From assembly GCA_050633245.1 (NCBI GenBank), contig JBOEGD010000022.1, positions 42,076 to 106,075 on the forward strand: DNA of 64,000 bases. The letters are read 5' to 3'. Origin of the DNA: Calditrichia bacterium. GTDB lineage: Bacteria > Calditrichota > Calditrichia > RBG-13-44-9 > J075. The position numbers and the translations under genes were made by a program. Position 1 is the first letter of the stretch. Each line of letters starts with the position of its first letter. The notes beneath the pieces are model-generated. The model saw only the letters and a program-made list of their open reading frames with translations, searched no databases and had not been told where the DNA came from. Of the stretch, positions 18,788-27,699 are shown in pieces.

Positions 18788-18813
18788 AAAATCAAGGCTA
18801 TAAACTTGATTTT
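18788..18813. promoter_or_regulatory. Palindromic operator-like site upstream of the SatD gene
   Basis: AAAATCAAG-N8-CTTGATTTT perfect 9-bp inverted repeat. Confidence 0.5.
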
Positions 18814-18881
18814 CTGTAGAACGAGCATTTTGTGAGCTAATTCCATGACTTATGCATAGTTATAGATATATATTCGGAATA

Positions 18882-18981
18882 CAGGTGTCAGGTGTCAGAA
18901 CTCGGAAGTGTTTGTCTTTCTTGCTATTCACGTCTTGCCTCTCGCTTTTCGCTTCTGCCATTGAACTTTGAACTTTGAACT
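18882..18981. repeat. Mixed heptamer repeat tracts
   Basis: CAGGTGT x2.4, degenerate TCTCGCT-type units, TTGAACT x3. Confidence 0.7.
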
Positions 18982-19009
18982 GACGTAATAGAATAAACTT
19001 GAGGAAATC

Positions 19010-19702
19010 ATGAAATTCATATTTGTCCTAATCCTAGCGGCTTTAGTATCATCGTGTATGCAGAATACCGATGCAATTGGTCAGGGACCTGATGAGGATC
19101 AGGCAACATATCGTCTGGTTTTTGCGACGACCTGGGATGCCACAACTTTTGCAACAAACTTCCCGGCAAATCGCCATTTCTCCGGACTTATTGGTGCGAC
19201 TCATAATGCTCCGGGCGATTTCTGGAAAGATGGTGAGCTGGCCTCAATCGGCATTCAGCGCGTCGCAGAGCTTGGAGCTAAAGATTCGTTAATAGTTGAG
19301 GTCATGCAGGCAATTTCTTCCGGCTCGGCCGATTCATTGCTGAGTGGTGGGGATATACCCTTGACTGCGGATTCAACTGTAATGATGTTTACCGTTCATC
19401 AGGATTATCCGTTCGTAACGCTCGTTTCGATGGTCGCCCCCAGCCCGGATTGGTTTGTGGGAGTTGGTGGGCTGAACATGATCGAACAAAATGAGTGGCG
19501 TGATACCTTCACGCTGCAGCTTCCGGTGTATGACTCCGGCACAGATGACGGACTTCGGTTTACGTCAGGTAATTTGGAGGCCTCGCCAAAATCAGCGATT
19601 CAACGGCTTAGTAGCGATGCATCGGATACCGATTTCAGCGATGGCATTCATCGAACAGAGTTTACCTATATTGCAACGTTTAAGTTTGAGCGGGTTGAAT
19701 AG
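19010..19702 (+). CDS. Spondin_N domain lipoprotein
   Basis: Lipobox VSSC; HFSGLIGATH, AELG, SMVAPSPDWFVG, YDSGTD motifs. Confidence 0.88.
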   Translation: MKFIFVLILAALVSSCMQNTDAIGQGPDEDQATYRLVFATTWDATTFATNFPANRHFSGLIGATHNAPGDFWKDGELASIGIQRVAELGAKDSLIVEVMQAISSGSADSLLSGGDIPLTADSTVMMFTVHQDYPFVTLVSMVAPSPDWFVGVGGLNMIEQNEWRDTFTLQLPVYDSGTDDGLRFTSGNLEASPKSAIQRLSSDASDTDFSDGIHRTEFTYIATFKFERVE

Positions 19703-19778
19703 TATCAGGTGCCAGGAGAAGGCAGTAAGGCAGTAAGGTAATGACAAACGGTCAGCAGTCTCTTCTCGCTTCTCGCTG

Positions 19779-19834
19779 ATAATTCATAATTCATAATTCA
19801 TCACTCATAATTCATCACTCATAATTCATCAATT
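19779..19834. repeat. Heptamer tandem repeat
   Basis: About 8 units of ATAATTC/ATCACTC just upstream of the ATG at 19846. Confidence 0.9.
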
Positions 19835-19845
19835 CTAAGTGGCCT

Positions 19846-20340
19846 ATGTATCCAAAACGAATCGAACCAAAGCCCGGACAAGAATCCGTTTGGGATTATC
19901 CTCGTCCCCCTCGCCTGGAAAAATTTTCTAAACCCATTCAGATTATGTTTAACGGCGTCGAAATTGTAAATACCATTCGTGCATTTCGCGTTCTGGAGAC
20001 CACCCATCCGCCGGTCTATTATTTACCGCCGGACGATATTCAGATGGGCCATCTGGTAAAAGCTCCGGGACAGAGTTGGTGCGAGTGGAAGGGCCGGGGA
20101 CGCTATTATTCCGTTCAGGTCGGCGAAAAAGTTGCTACCTCTGTGGGCTGGTATTATTCCAACCCTGCCATGGCGTTCAAGGAGATAAAGGATTATGTCG
20201 CCTTCTATGCCGGGCCAATGGAAAGGTGTACGGTTGACGGAGAAGTGGTGTTGCCTCAACCGGGGGACTTTTACGGAGGTTGGATAACGGCGAATATTGT
20301 TGGGCCGTTTAAGGGTGGCCCCGGAAGCATGGGATGGTAG
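19846..20340 (+). CDS. DUF427 domain-containing protein
   Basis: ESVWDYPRPP, VLETTHPPVYY, CEWKG, QPGDFYGGWIT..IVGPFKG. Confidence 0.92.
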   Translation: MYPKRIEPKPGQESVWDYPRPPRLEKFSKPIQIMFNGVEIVNTIRAFRVLETTHPPVYYLPPDDIQMGHLVKAPGQSWCEWKGRGRYYSVQVGEKVATSVGWYYSNPAMAFKEIKDYVAFYAGPMERCTVDGEVVLPQPGDFYGGWITANIVGPFKGGPGSMGW

Positions 20341-20373
20341 TGGTTATAACATATTTCAGGGAGAGAAAGAAAC

Positions 20374-21300
20374 ATGAAGCAGGGATGGCTTTGGTTTATT
20401 TTGTTTACCGTGTGGCTGGGATACACAGATTTGGCTGCATGTGAGTGCTGTGCCGATAGATTGACGACGCATGGTGGTAGTTTCGGCACTGAACTTCTAC
20501 CCATGGAGCTTAAAACGCTGGAGTCGTTACAGCTGAGTGGCAGATTGGCTCTTCATTCAAGTGAGCGCGACCCGGTGATTCCGGTCCCCTCAATAAGCAT
20601 GAAAGGCTTTGTAAAATCCGATACGCTTTTTTTTATCGGATATAGCGGTAAAAAACAAGTCGGGAGTGCATTTGTTCTCCTACCGCTTCAAATTCAGGAA
20701 TTTCACACCGATTTGCGGCTTATTTATCCTGCTGCTGCCTCAAAAAAGAAAACCACCTTATACAAAGAAGCCCGTTTTAACGGAAAGTTGGAAATAAATG
20801 CTAAGCTGCGCCGGCACCTTGGATTGCAAATGGGCGAGGCTGTTCGGCTTGTGCTTCACGGCGTTGGAGATAAATGTTGGAAGATAGAACAGTTTCATAG
20901 CTGGACCATGCAATATGATTATCAACACGATGGAGTTGAGTTGGTGGGGTTTGGTTATGGAATGATTAATCGTGTTACAAAAAAACAGCTGACCAGTCGA
21001 AAAAGTAGCGCGCTGCCGAATCTGTCTGCCGGCGCGGTGGAAACTAATCCGAAATCGACTCCAATTACCGCAGCGAAAAAAGTAAAAAAGCAACAAGAAG
21101 CTGTGCCGATTCAAGCTGTTGCAATGCGCGGTAGTAAGTTTCATATAGTCGAAGCTGGACAGACGGTCTATCGCATTGCCTTGATTCATGGATTGAATGT
21201 AGATGATCTGGCGCGTTGGAACAATATTTCTCCGCCCAATTACATTGTTAAGATTGGACAGAAAATTCTGCTTCAGCCCCCTTCAGATTTACAGAAATAA
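20374..21300 (+). CDS. Secreted protein with unassigned N-terminal domain and C-terminal LysM
   Basis: Signal peptide, CECCAD motif; C-terminal HIVEAGQTVYRIA...LARWNNI...IGQKI LysM. Confidence 0.8.
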   Translation: MKQGWLWFILFTVWLGYTDLAACECCADRLTTHGGSFGTELLPMELKTLESLQLSGRLALHSSERDPVIPVPSISMKGFVKSDTLFFIGYSGKKQVGSAFVLLPLQIQEFHTDLRLIYPAAASKKKTTLYKEARFNGKLEINAKLRRHLGLQMGEAVRLVLHGVGDKCWKIEQFHSWTMQYDYQHDGVELVGFGYGMINRVTKKQLTSRKSSALPNLSAGAVETNPKSTPITAAKKVKKQQEAVPIQAVAMRGSKFHIVEAGQTVYRIALIHGLNVDDLARWNNISPPNYIVKIGQKILLQPPSDLQK

Positions 21301-21329
21301 AAAACCGGTGCAGCCAAAGTCACACCGGT
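21299..21329 (-). terminator. Terminator-like hairpin with U-tract on the minus strand
   Basis: Minus strand ACCGGTG-N12-CACCGGT followed by a T run. Confidence 0.5.
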
Positions 21330-21622
21330 CGCGGTGTTGTTTGTTCTTCCTCCGGCCAATTAAAGTTGTTTAAGAGCTTCGGATAACTTCTGACTTTACA
21401 AGCGATAAGTTACATTGATCTGCCCATAATTGGATGGCGCCATCGGCTCCATCCAATACTAATTTCCTGATTGGATTGTTTTGCAAACAAAATCAAGCGA
21501 GTTTCGTTAACTAATATCAGACGCGCTGCATCTGCAATAGTCTTTTGAAAAAGCAGGATAGCTGTTTAAATTATCGCCCTAATACGAACGAACAATGCGA
21601 TCATATAAAGAATAGAGCCCTC

Positions 21623-22825
21623 ATGGAAGCCAATGATGCAAACGCGTCGCAACAGCGCGACTATCCGCAGGACGTGGAAATACTTGAAATAGACGGACGT
21701 GAGTTTATAATCGTCGGTACCGCGCATATCTCGCAGCAATCTGCTGACTTGGTACGTGAGGTGATTGAGAAAGAATCGCCGGATGTGGTTTGTGTAGAGC
21801 TCGATGCGCAGCGATTTAAGGCTTTGTCTGAGAAGAAGCGCTGGGAATCGCTCGATCTGAAAACCATTATTCGACAAAAACAGCTTAGCACGCTGATGGT
21901 GAATCTACTTTTGGGATCTTATCAGAAGCGTTTGGGTGATAAGCTTGGTGTGATGCCCGGTGTCGAGCTGCTGGAAGCAACCAAGGTGGCAAAAGAACAC
22001 GACATTCCCATTGAACTTTGTGATCGTGATATTCGCATTACCCTGCGCCGCGCCTGGAACAGCATGGCATTTGTACAGAAAATGCAGTTTATGACATCGG
22101 GTCTGGTTGGTATTTTTGATACGCAGGAAATATCCGAAGAGCAAATGGCCGAGCTGCGACAAAAAGATGTGCTCTCCGAAATGATGAATGAGCTTGGCGA
22201 GGCGATGCCGGTTTTAAAACGCGTTCTGATTGATGAGCGCGATACCTATCTTGCCGAAAAAATTCGCCGCAGTAAAGGAAAACGCGTGGTTGCTGTTGTA
22301 GGCGCTGGACACGTTGAGGGTATTTGCGCCGCGTTGAAGAAAAGCGAAACCGAGGATCTTTCCGATATAGAAGTGATACCACCGATGTCGTCTATGTGGA
22401 AGGTGTTTGGTTGGGGCATCCCGGCGATTATTGTTGGCTCGTTGGTTTACATTGGTTGGGACAAAGGAGCTGCTGCTGCTGGTGATAATGCACTGTATTG
22501 GATTCTGGCAAATGGCATTCCCTGTGCAATTGGAGCTATTTTAGCGCGTGGACATATTTTCACGGTTCTGGCCTCTTTTATAGCAGCACCATTTACCAGC
22601 CTAACGCCGGTTATTGGTGCAGGATATGTGGCTGCTTTTGTTCAGGCGTATTTTCAGCCGCCGGTGGTAAAAGAATTTCAGGCGGTTAGCGAAGATGTCT
22701 CTGTGCCGCTAAAGTGGTGGGGAAACAAGCTACTGCGAGTCTTTTTGGTTTTCCTGCTGACGGGCTTGGGGAGCGCGATTGGTACCTGGGTTGGTGGTAT
22801 TGAAATTGTAAGGAATCTCTTCTAG
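21623..22825 (+). CDS. TraB/PrgY (pheromone-shutdown-like) family protein
   Basis: IVGTAHIS, VCVELD..R, DRDIRITLRRAW, LIDERD.Y, VVGAGHV motifs plus C-terminal TM segments. Confidence 0.92.
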   Translation: MEANDANASQQRDYPQDVEILEIDGREFIIVGTAHISQQSADLVREVIEKESPDVVCVELDAQRFKALSEKKRWESLDLKTIIRQKQLSTLMVNLLLGSYQKRLGDKLGVMPGVELLEATKVAKEHDIPIELCDRDIRITLRRAWNSMAFVQKMQFMTSGLVGIFDTQEISEEQMAELRQKDVLSEMMNELGEAMPVLKRVLIDERDTYLAEKIRRSKGKRVVAVVGAGHVEGICAALKKSETEDLSDIEVIPPMSSMWKVFGWGIPAIIVGSLVYIGWDKGAAAAGDNALYWILANGIPCAIGAILARGHIFTVLASFIAAPFTSLTPVIGAGYVAAFVQAYFQPPVVKEFQAVSEDVSVPLKWWGNKLLRVFLVFLLTGLGSAIGTWVGGIEIVRNLF

Positions 22826-22918
22826 GTTGCTCTCCCGCCCTCGCGGAATCACCGGTAGGGGGAGTGTTTTTTTTCTATCCCCACTACTGGCAACTGGCTT
22901 CTTGTTACCGACTTTTTC

Positions 22919-23737
22919 CTATTCAAATATCTCGTTAAAAAACGCCTGCATCTGCTTCCAGGATGTCTCATCTGCATCTTTGTCATAGGCCAGTGGAAGA
23001 TTAAATTTCTTACCTGCTTCATCTGCTCCCGGATTTGTAAAGCTATGTTGAGCACCTTCATAGACATGAAAGGCGTAATCGACTTTTGCATTGTCCATTT
23101 CGGTTTTAAAGGCTTCTATTGTTTCCGGCGAAACGAAGGGATCATCTGCGCCATGACAGACCAGCACACGTGCCCTTATCTTGCCGGCTTCAGCAGGTGT
23201 TTTTGTTCCCAGGCTTCCGTGGAAACTAACCACGCCATCCAAATCGACACCCATTCGAGCCATATGTAATACAACACCACCGCCAAAACAGTAGCCGATT
23301 GCCGCAATTTTCGTTGTGTCTGTGGCCGGGTTGCTTTTCAAAATTGTCATTGCCGCTTCAAATCGCTGTCTTGCCAGCTCCTGATTCTCCATTGCCTGTC
23401 CGGCAAACTTCCCGGCGTCCTCCGGATGTGCTGCCTGCTTACCATCGCCATACATGTCTACCGCCAAGGCAACATAGCCTAATTCAGCAAGCATTTCTGC
23501 ACGCCTGCGCGCGTAGTCATTTTGTCCCCACCATTCATGCACTACTAAAATCCCTGGTCGCTTTACATCGCTGCTGCCGTCTACGGCAAGATAACCTTTC
23601 ATCGCTAAATCACCGCTGCTATAGTCGACCTCAGTAGTCTTCAGCGGACTTTCCTTAGCCTTTTCCGCTGCAGGTTGGTCTGACTGACAGCCGGAAAAAA
23701 GAAACAGGGCTATACTGAATGTTAGTATCAATCTCAT
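22919..23737 (-). CDS. Dienelactone hydrolase family lipoprotein
   Basis: Lipobox FSGC; HEWWG, GYCFGG, HGADD and HSF motifs. Confidence 0.93.
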   Translation of the reverse strand: MRLILTFSIALFLFSGCQSDQPAAEKAKESPLKTTEVDYSSGDLAMKGYLAVDGSSDVKRPGILVVHEWWGQNDYARRRAEMLAELGYVALAVDMYGDGKQAAHPEDAGKFAGQAMENQELARQRFEAAMTILKSNPATDTTKIAAIGYCFGGGVVLHMARMGVDLDGVVSFHGSLGTKTPAEAGKIRARVLVCHGADDPFVSPETIEAFKTEMDNAKVDYAFHVYEGAQHSFTNPGADEAGKKFNLPLAYDKDADETSWKQMQAFFNEIFE

Positions 23738-23844
23738 TGTGTGTCTCCTGAATTTCCTCTGGGTAATTTGATTAAAAGTAACAGGTGTCGAGCAAAAAAC
23801 CTATGGATAGGCCGAATTTGGCGAGAAGGTTGACTGGAACAGTT

Positions 23845-23884
23845 TTTTGTCAGACTGGAGCAGTTTTCAAAACTGCTCCAGTCT
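23845..23884. repeat. REP-like palindrome (ACTGGAGCAGT family), left flank of the ArsR-SDR pair
   Basis: TTTGTCAGACTGGAGCAGTTTTCAAAACTGCTCCAGTCT, with an extra half-site GACTGGAACAGTTTT at 23832. Confidence 0.85.
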
Positions 23885-23923
23885 TAAAACGGAATGGCAT
23901 GTGCAAATTGAATTCAAAAACGA

Positions 23924-24679
23924 TTAGCCAACAAGCGGATTGATGTTAATCCCACCATCGATATTGTATTCACTTCCGGTTATAAACCAAGCGTCGTCTG
24001 ATGCCAGGAAAGTGACCAGTTTGGCAATCGCTTCAGGCGAACCGAATTGTTTTAGCGGAATTCGCTCTTGGATGGCCCCGGCGAAAGCACTCAGATCTGC
24101 TTCAGCCATGCCGGTTTTGCCAAAAATGGGTGTTTCTACCGGACCGGGATTAACAGCATTAACGCGAATCTTGCGCGGAGCGAGTTCAGTTGCGGCCGTT
24201 CGGGTGAAAGAGTTCAGCGCCGCTTTGCTTGCTGCGTAAATGGCTGTGTTCGTCATTCCGGTATAGGCATTTACCGAGGACAGATTAATGATAGATGCAC
24301 CGTCTTTTAAGACCGGTAGAAAACTTTGAACCGTAAAAACAGCACCTTTGAAGTTAATGTCCATTATGCTATCAAAAACATCTTCGGAAATATGACCAAG
24401 TGGTGCGGGCATAAATATTCCGGCATTGACGAAAAGAATATCGATTTTGCCGAACTGCTCTTGTACTCGTTTTGCCAGATTGGAGATGTCAGAAAGATTC
24501 GATTGATCGGCAACGATACCGGTTGCGCCGAGGGCTTTTGCGGCGTCTGCTACTTTTGTTGCGTTGCGGCCAGTGATAATTACCGTTGCACCATTTGCGA
24601 TAAAATCTTGTGCTGTTGAATAGCCAATGCCGCTATTGCCTCCGGTAATGACTGCAATCTTTCCTGTTAGTGAACTCAT
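23924..24679 (-). CDS. SDR family oxidoreductase
   Basis: TGGNSGIG, NAG, YAASK and VNPGPVETP motifs. Confidence 0.95.
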   Translation of the reverse strand: MSSLTGKIAVITGGNSGIGYSTAQDFIANGATVIITGRNATKVADAAKALGATGIVADQSNLSDISNLAKRVQEQFGKIDILFVNAGIFMPAPLGHISEDVFDSIMDINFKGAVFTVQSFLPVLKDGASIINLSSVNAYTGMTNTAIYAASKAALNSFTRTAATELAPRKIRVNAVNPGPVETPIFGKTGMAEADLSAFAGAIQERIPLKQFGSPEAIAKLVTFLASDDAWFITGSEYNIDGGININPLVG

Positions 24680-24749
24680 AGTAATCCTCAGTTGTTGTAG
24701 TTATTGATTTAAATATTTAAGTTTATCAATGTTTTAGGCCAAAAAATTT

Positions 24750-25022
24750 TTAGTCCTTAATCTCGCTTAAAAAGCCTGCGAATAAGTCAACCTGATCCTG
24801 ATTTACGGATAGCTTAAGACAGCGTCCGTCTTTTTCGGTGAGAACGAGTTCAGCATCAGTGAGTAATTTAATATGGTGAGAGACTGTTGGTTGCGAGAGA
24901 TTGACCAAGTTGCGCAGGTCTTCGCAGCTTACGGTTCGTCTGCTGGAAATCTCCCTTAGGATGGCCAGACGATTTTTATCTGCCAGGGCCTTCGATATTT
25001 TAATAAACAGTTTTTCATTCAT
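24750..25022 (-). CDS. ArsR/SmtB family transcriptional regulator
   Basis: KALADKNRLAIL...LSQPTVSHHIKLL..AELV winged HTH. Confidence 0.92.
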   Translation of the reverse strand: MNEKLFIKISKALADKNRLAILREISSRRTVSCEDLRNLVNLSQPTVSHHIKLLTDAELVLTEKDGRCLKLSVNQDQVDLFAGFLSEIKD

Positions 25023-25115
25023 AGGTCATCACCGATTGATATATTGAAATATATCGATGTGTTTTCTCGATGTCAAGTGGAATCCTATTAAATTAAGAGA
25101 AGTTTTTAGAGCAAT

Positions 25116-25156
25116 AGACTGGAGCAGTTTTCGAAACTGCTCCAGTCTGACAAAAA
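25116..25156. repeat. REP-like palindrome (ACTGGAGCAGT family), right flank, inverted relative to the left copy
   Basis: AGACTGGAGCAGTTTTCGAAACTGCTCCAGTCTGACAAAAA. Confidence 0.85.
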
Positions 25157-25237
25157 TCTCTAAAATCAGCGCTTGAATTATATTCTATGAACAGCGATAT
25201 TTTGCAGGTTTTCAAAACTTGAAATATTGAGGAGTTT

Positions 25238-25744
25238 ATGAACATAGATGCAGCATCACAAAAGAGCCGGGAACACAAACCTGCAGTATATTTAGCCGGT
25301 GCCATTGAAAATGCGCCTAATGAAGGCAAAGCCTGGCGGGAGAAGCTTACGCCTTTTTTGGAGGATATAATCGGTCATCAGGTTTTTAATCCATGTGTTG
25401 AAGAAAATCATTTGCTAACAGCCGAGGAATTTCTTGAGTTCCGCAACTGGAAGGTATCGGACCTCCCAAGATTTCGTCGAACCATGCGCAAGATTATTGA
25501 TACAGATCTTGGTGCGCTTGCCGGAAAAACAGATTATCTAGTCTGTTTGTGGGATGAACATGCTTTAAAAGGGGCGGGTACTCACGGTGAATTAACGCTG
25601 GCGTATTACCTTAATTTACCGGTCTATATGGTTAGTACCGTACCACGTGAAGAAATGAGTAGCTGGATAGTTGGATGCACAACAGAGCTTTTTTCACATT
25701 TCGAAGATTTGCGCGCTTATTTGCTCGAGCATTCGGCGCTGTAG
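25238..25744 (+). CDS. Nucleoside 2-deoxyribosyltransferase-like protein
   Basis: VYLAGAI...WRE...VFNP...D...D...GTHGEL.LAY...PV pattern. Confidence 0.65.
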   Translation: MNIDAASQKSREHKPAVYLAGAIENAPNEGKAWREKLTPFLEDIIGHQVFNPCVEENHLLTAEEFLEFRNWKVSDLPRFRRTMRKIIDTDLGALAGKTDYLVCLWDEHALKGAGTHGELTLAYYLNLPVYMVSTVPREEMSSWIVGCTTELFSHFEDLRAYLLEHSAL

Positions 25745-25842
25745 AGAAGAGTAAATGTTTTTTGATGCTTCTCTGTTTTTTGACCAGCATATTGAGATAA
25801 AGCTGAACTACTTATCCGCACTTTTTTGATGGAGGAAAATAT

Positions 25843-26700
25843 ATGAAGATTGGTAACTATCAGGTAAACCTCATCGACTCCGGGCGTTTTCGCCTTGATG
25901 GTGGCGCAATGTTCGGCGTGGTCCCTCGTGTTCTGTGGGAGCGTAAAATGCCTCCTGATGAAGCTGGACGCATCCAACTGGGTGCGAACCTCTTGCTGCT
26001 GCGTAATGCTGATCGTCTTATCCTTGTCGATACCGGGATGGGGGATAAGGGCGACGAAAAGTTTTTGAAAATTAATGCAGTCAATCACTCGCAGTTCAAT
26101 CTTGCCAGCGGATTGAAAAATCTTGATGTTGCGCCGGAAGATATCACTGATGTAATTCTTACACATCTTCATTATGACCACGCTGGTGGTGCAACAAAAG
26201 TTAATGCTGATGGAGAAATAGTGCCGACATTCCCCAATGCTAAATATTATGTACAGCGTGAGCATTTTGGATGGGCAATGAAGCCAACTGAAAAAGATCG
26301 TGCGAGTTTTTTAAAGGAAAACTTTATTCCGCTGCAAGAAGCCAATTGTTTGATTCTGGTGGATGGTGAAAGAGAACTCCTGCCGGGCCTTCGCCTGTTG
26401 CCGATAGACGGACATACTACCGCTCAACAGATGGTTCTTGTGCGCGGAGAAGATCGGACGTTATTGTTCGCCGGCGATTTGCTACCGACCTCAAGACATG
26501 TGTCCATTCCCTGGATAATGGCTTATGATATTGCCCCGTTGAAAACGCTGGAAGAAAAGAAACATTACTTACATCTCGCTACCGATCAAGATTGGATCGT
26601 TGTATTTGAACACGATCCGGATGTGTCTGCAGCTGCTATTCAGGTAACGGATAAGGGGTTTGCACTTGGAAAGTCTGTCGATATAAATGAAGAGCTTTAG
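25843..26700 (+). CDS. MBL-fold metallo-hydrolase (YtnP-like)
   Basis: FRLDGGAMFGVVP, THLHYDHAGG, GHT, GDL..., FEHDP motifs. Confidence 0.93.
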   Translation: MKIGNYQVNLIDSGRFRLDGGAMFGVVPRVLWERKMPPDEAGRIQLGANLLLLRNADRLILVDTGMGDKGDEKFLKINAVNHSQFNLASGLKNLDVAPEDITDVILTHLHYDHAGGATKVNADGEIVPTFPNAKYYVQREHFGWAMKPTEKDRASFLKENFIPLQEANCLILVDGERELLPGLRLLPIDGHTTAQQMVLVRGEDRTLLFAGDLLPTSRHVSIPWIMAYDIAPLKTLEEKKHYLHLATDQDWIVVFEHDPDVSAAAIQVTDKGFALGKSVDINEEL

Positions 26701-27410
26701 GCGAAGTCTTTTCGCTGAAGCAGTCGATAGGAAAGTCTCCACAACAAATATCCATAGATGAATGTTGTGCCAAGAAAAATCAGAGACCAGCTGCGAAGCT
26801 GCAGTTCGACGCCCAGAAAAGCAAGCTCGAAAAATGGTGGCAGAATAAATGCTATCAGCGCACCAATTGAGCTAATTGTGTCGATGGGAAAAAGCTGCTG
26901 CTTGTTTACAATAAAGCCCAAAACGATCAGCAAAAAAATTAGCCAGCTCCAGTGAGGCTTGTGGGTAAAGGTGAAGCTAAGCAACAATGTGTTCAACCAG
27001 AGCATACAGGTAATAATGAGCATGCGGGGGACAAGAAATAAAAAATATTCCATCGAGGGAAACCGAACGCCGTAGGCGAGTGCAAAAACGGCAACCCAAA
27101 ACAGGTCTATGCTTATAATAAGCGCAATTTTTGATAACAGAAGATTTTTGCGTCCATTGGGGTGTGCCAGCAGAAAGTAGAGAGAATTACCGCGTTCTTG
27201 GTTAAACACCAGCGGAGCAGTCAGGAAATTGAGTACGATCCCGAGAACCGCAAAAACCCACCATATTTCTGAACTTTCGCTGGTACCTTTTAAAAAACCC
27301 TCAAACAGGATAATGAAGAATCCAATAATAACCAGATCGAGTAGGTAACGATGCTGTCGCAGATAGCTGCGCAGCCCGAATATGTAAAAACTCCAAAATT
27401 GTTTTGCCAT
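26697..27410 (-). CDS. Hypothetical polytopic membrane protein (ABC-2 permease-like)
   Basis: About 6 TM segments; ERG...LL.HP..R..LLLSK and C-terminal RKDF resemble ABC-2 permeases. Confidence 0.55.
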   Translation of the reverse strand: MAKQFWSFYIFGLRSYLRQHRYLLDLVIIGFFIILFEGFLKGTSESSEIWWVFAVLGIVLNFLTAPLVFNQERGNSLYFLLAHPNGRKNLLLSKIALIISIDLFWVAVFALAYGVRFPSMEYFLFLVPRMLIITCMLWLNTLLLSFTFTHKPHWSWLIFLLIVLGFIVNKQQLFPIDTISSIGALIAFILPPFFELAFLGVELQLRSWSLIFLGTTFIYGYLLWRLSYRLLQRKDFA

Positions 27411-27699
27411 CGAGGGTCGTCTTGTCGTTTATATTATTGTGCAAATATAGAGGATTGAACTATGATTGTGCAATGTCATAATCATTGATGTGAACTATGG
27501 TTTGAAATTTATGTCATATTCTTATCACGCCGAGCAGATTCGATGCGCTTAGACAAACGATTTTGCAGCTTAATTTAACGAAAATGCATACTTCGATAGA
27601 GTTTGTTCCGAGAGCAGTCGAGGTGGCAGCACGACATTTTCGTCTCTAATGTATAGCCAAAGCTTCAATATATAATTCACATCATTGATTGAGGGTAAT

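Noticed and set aside
27456-27520. TGAACTATG...ATGTCATA repeated twice between divergent genes
   Set aside because: Short, AT-rich and unevenly spaced; could be an operator or chance.
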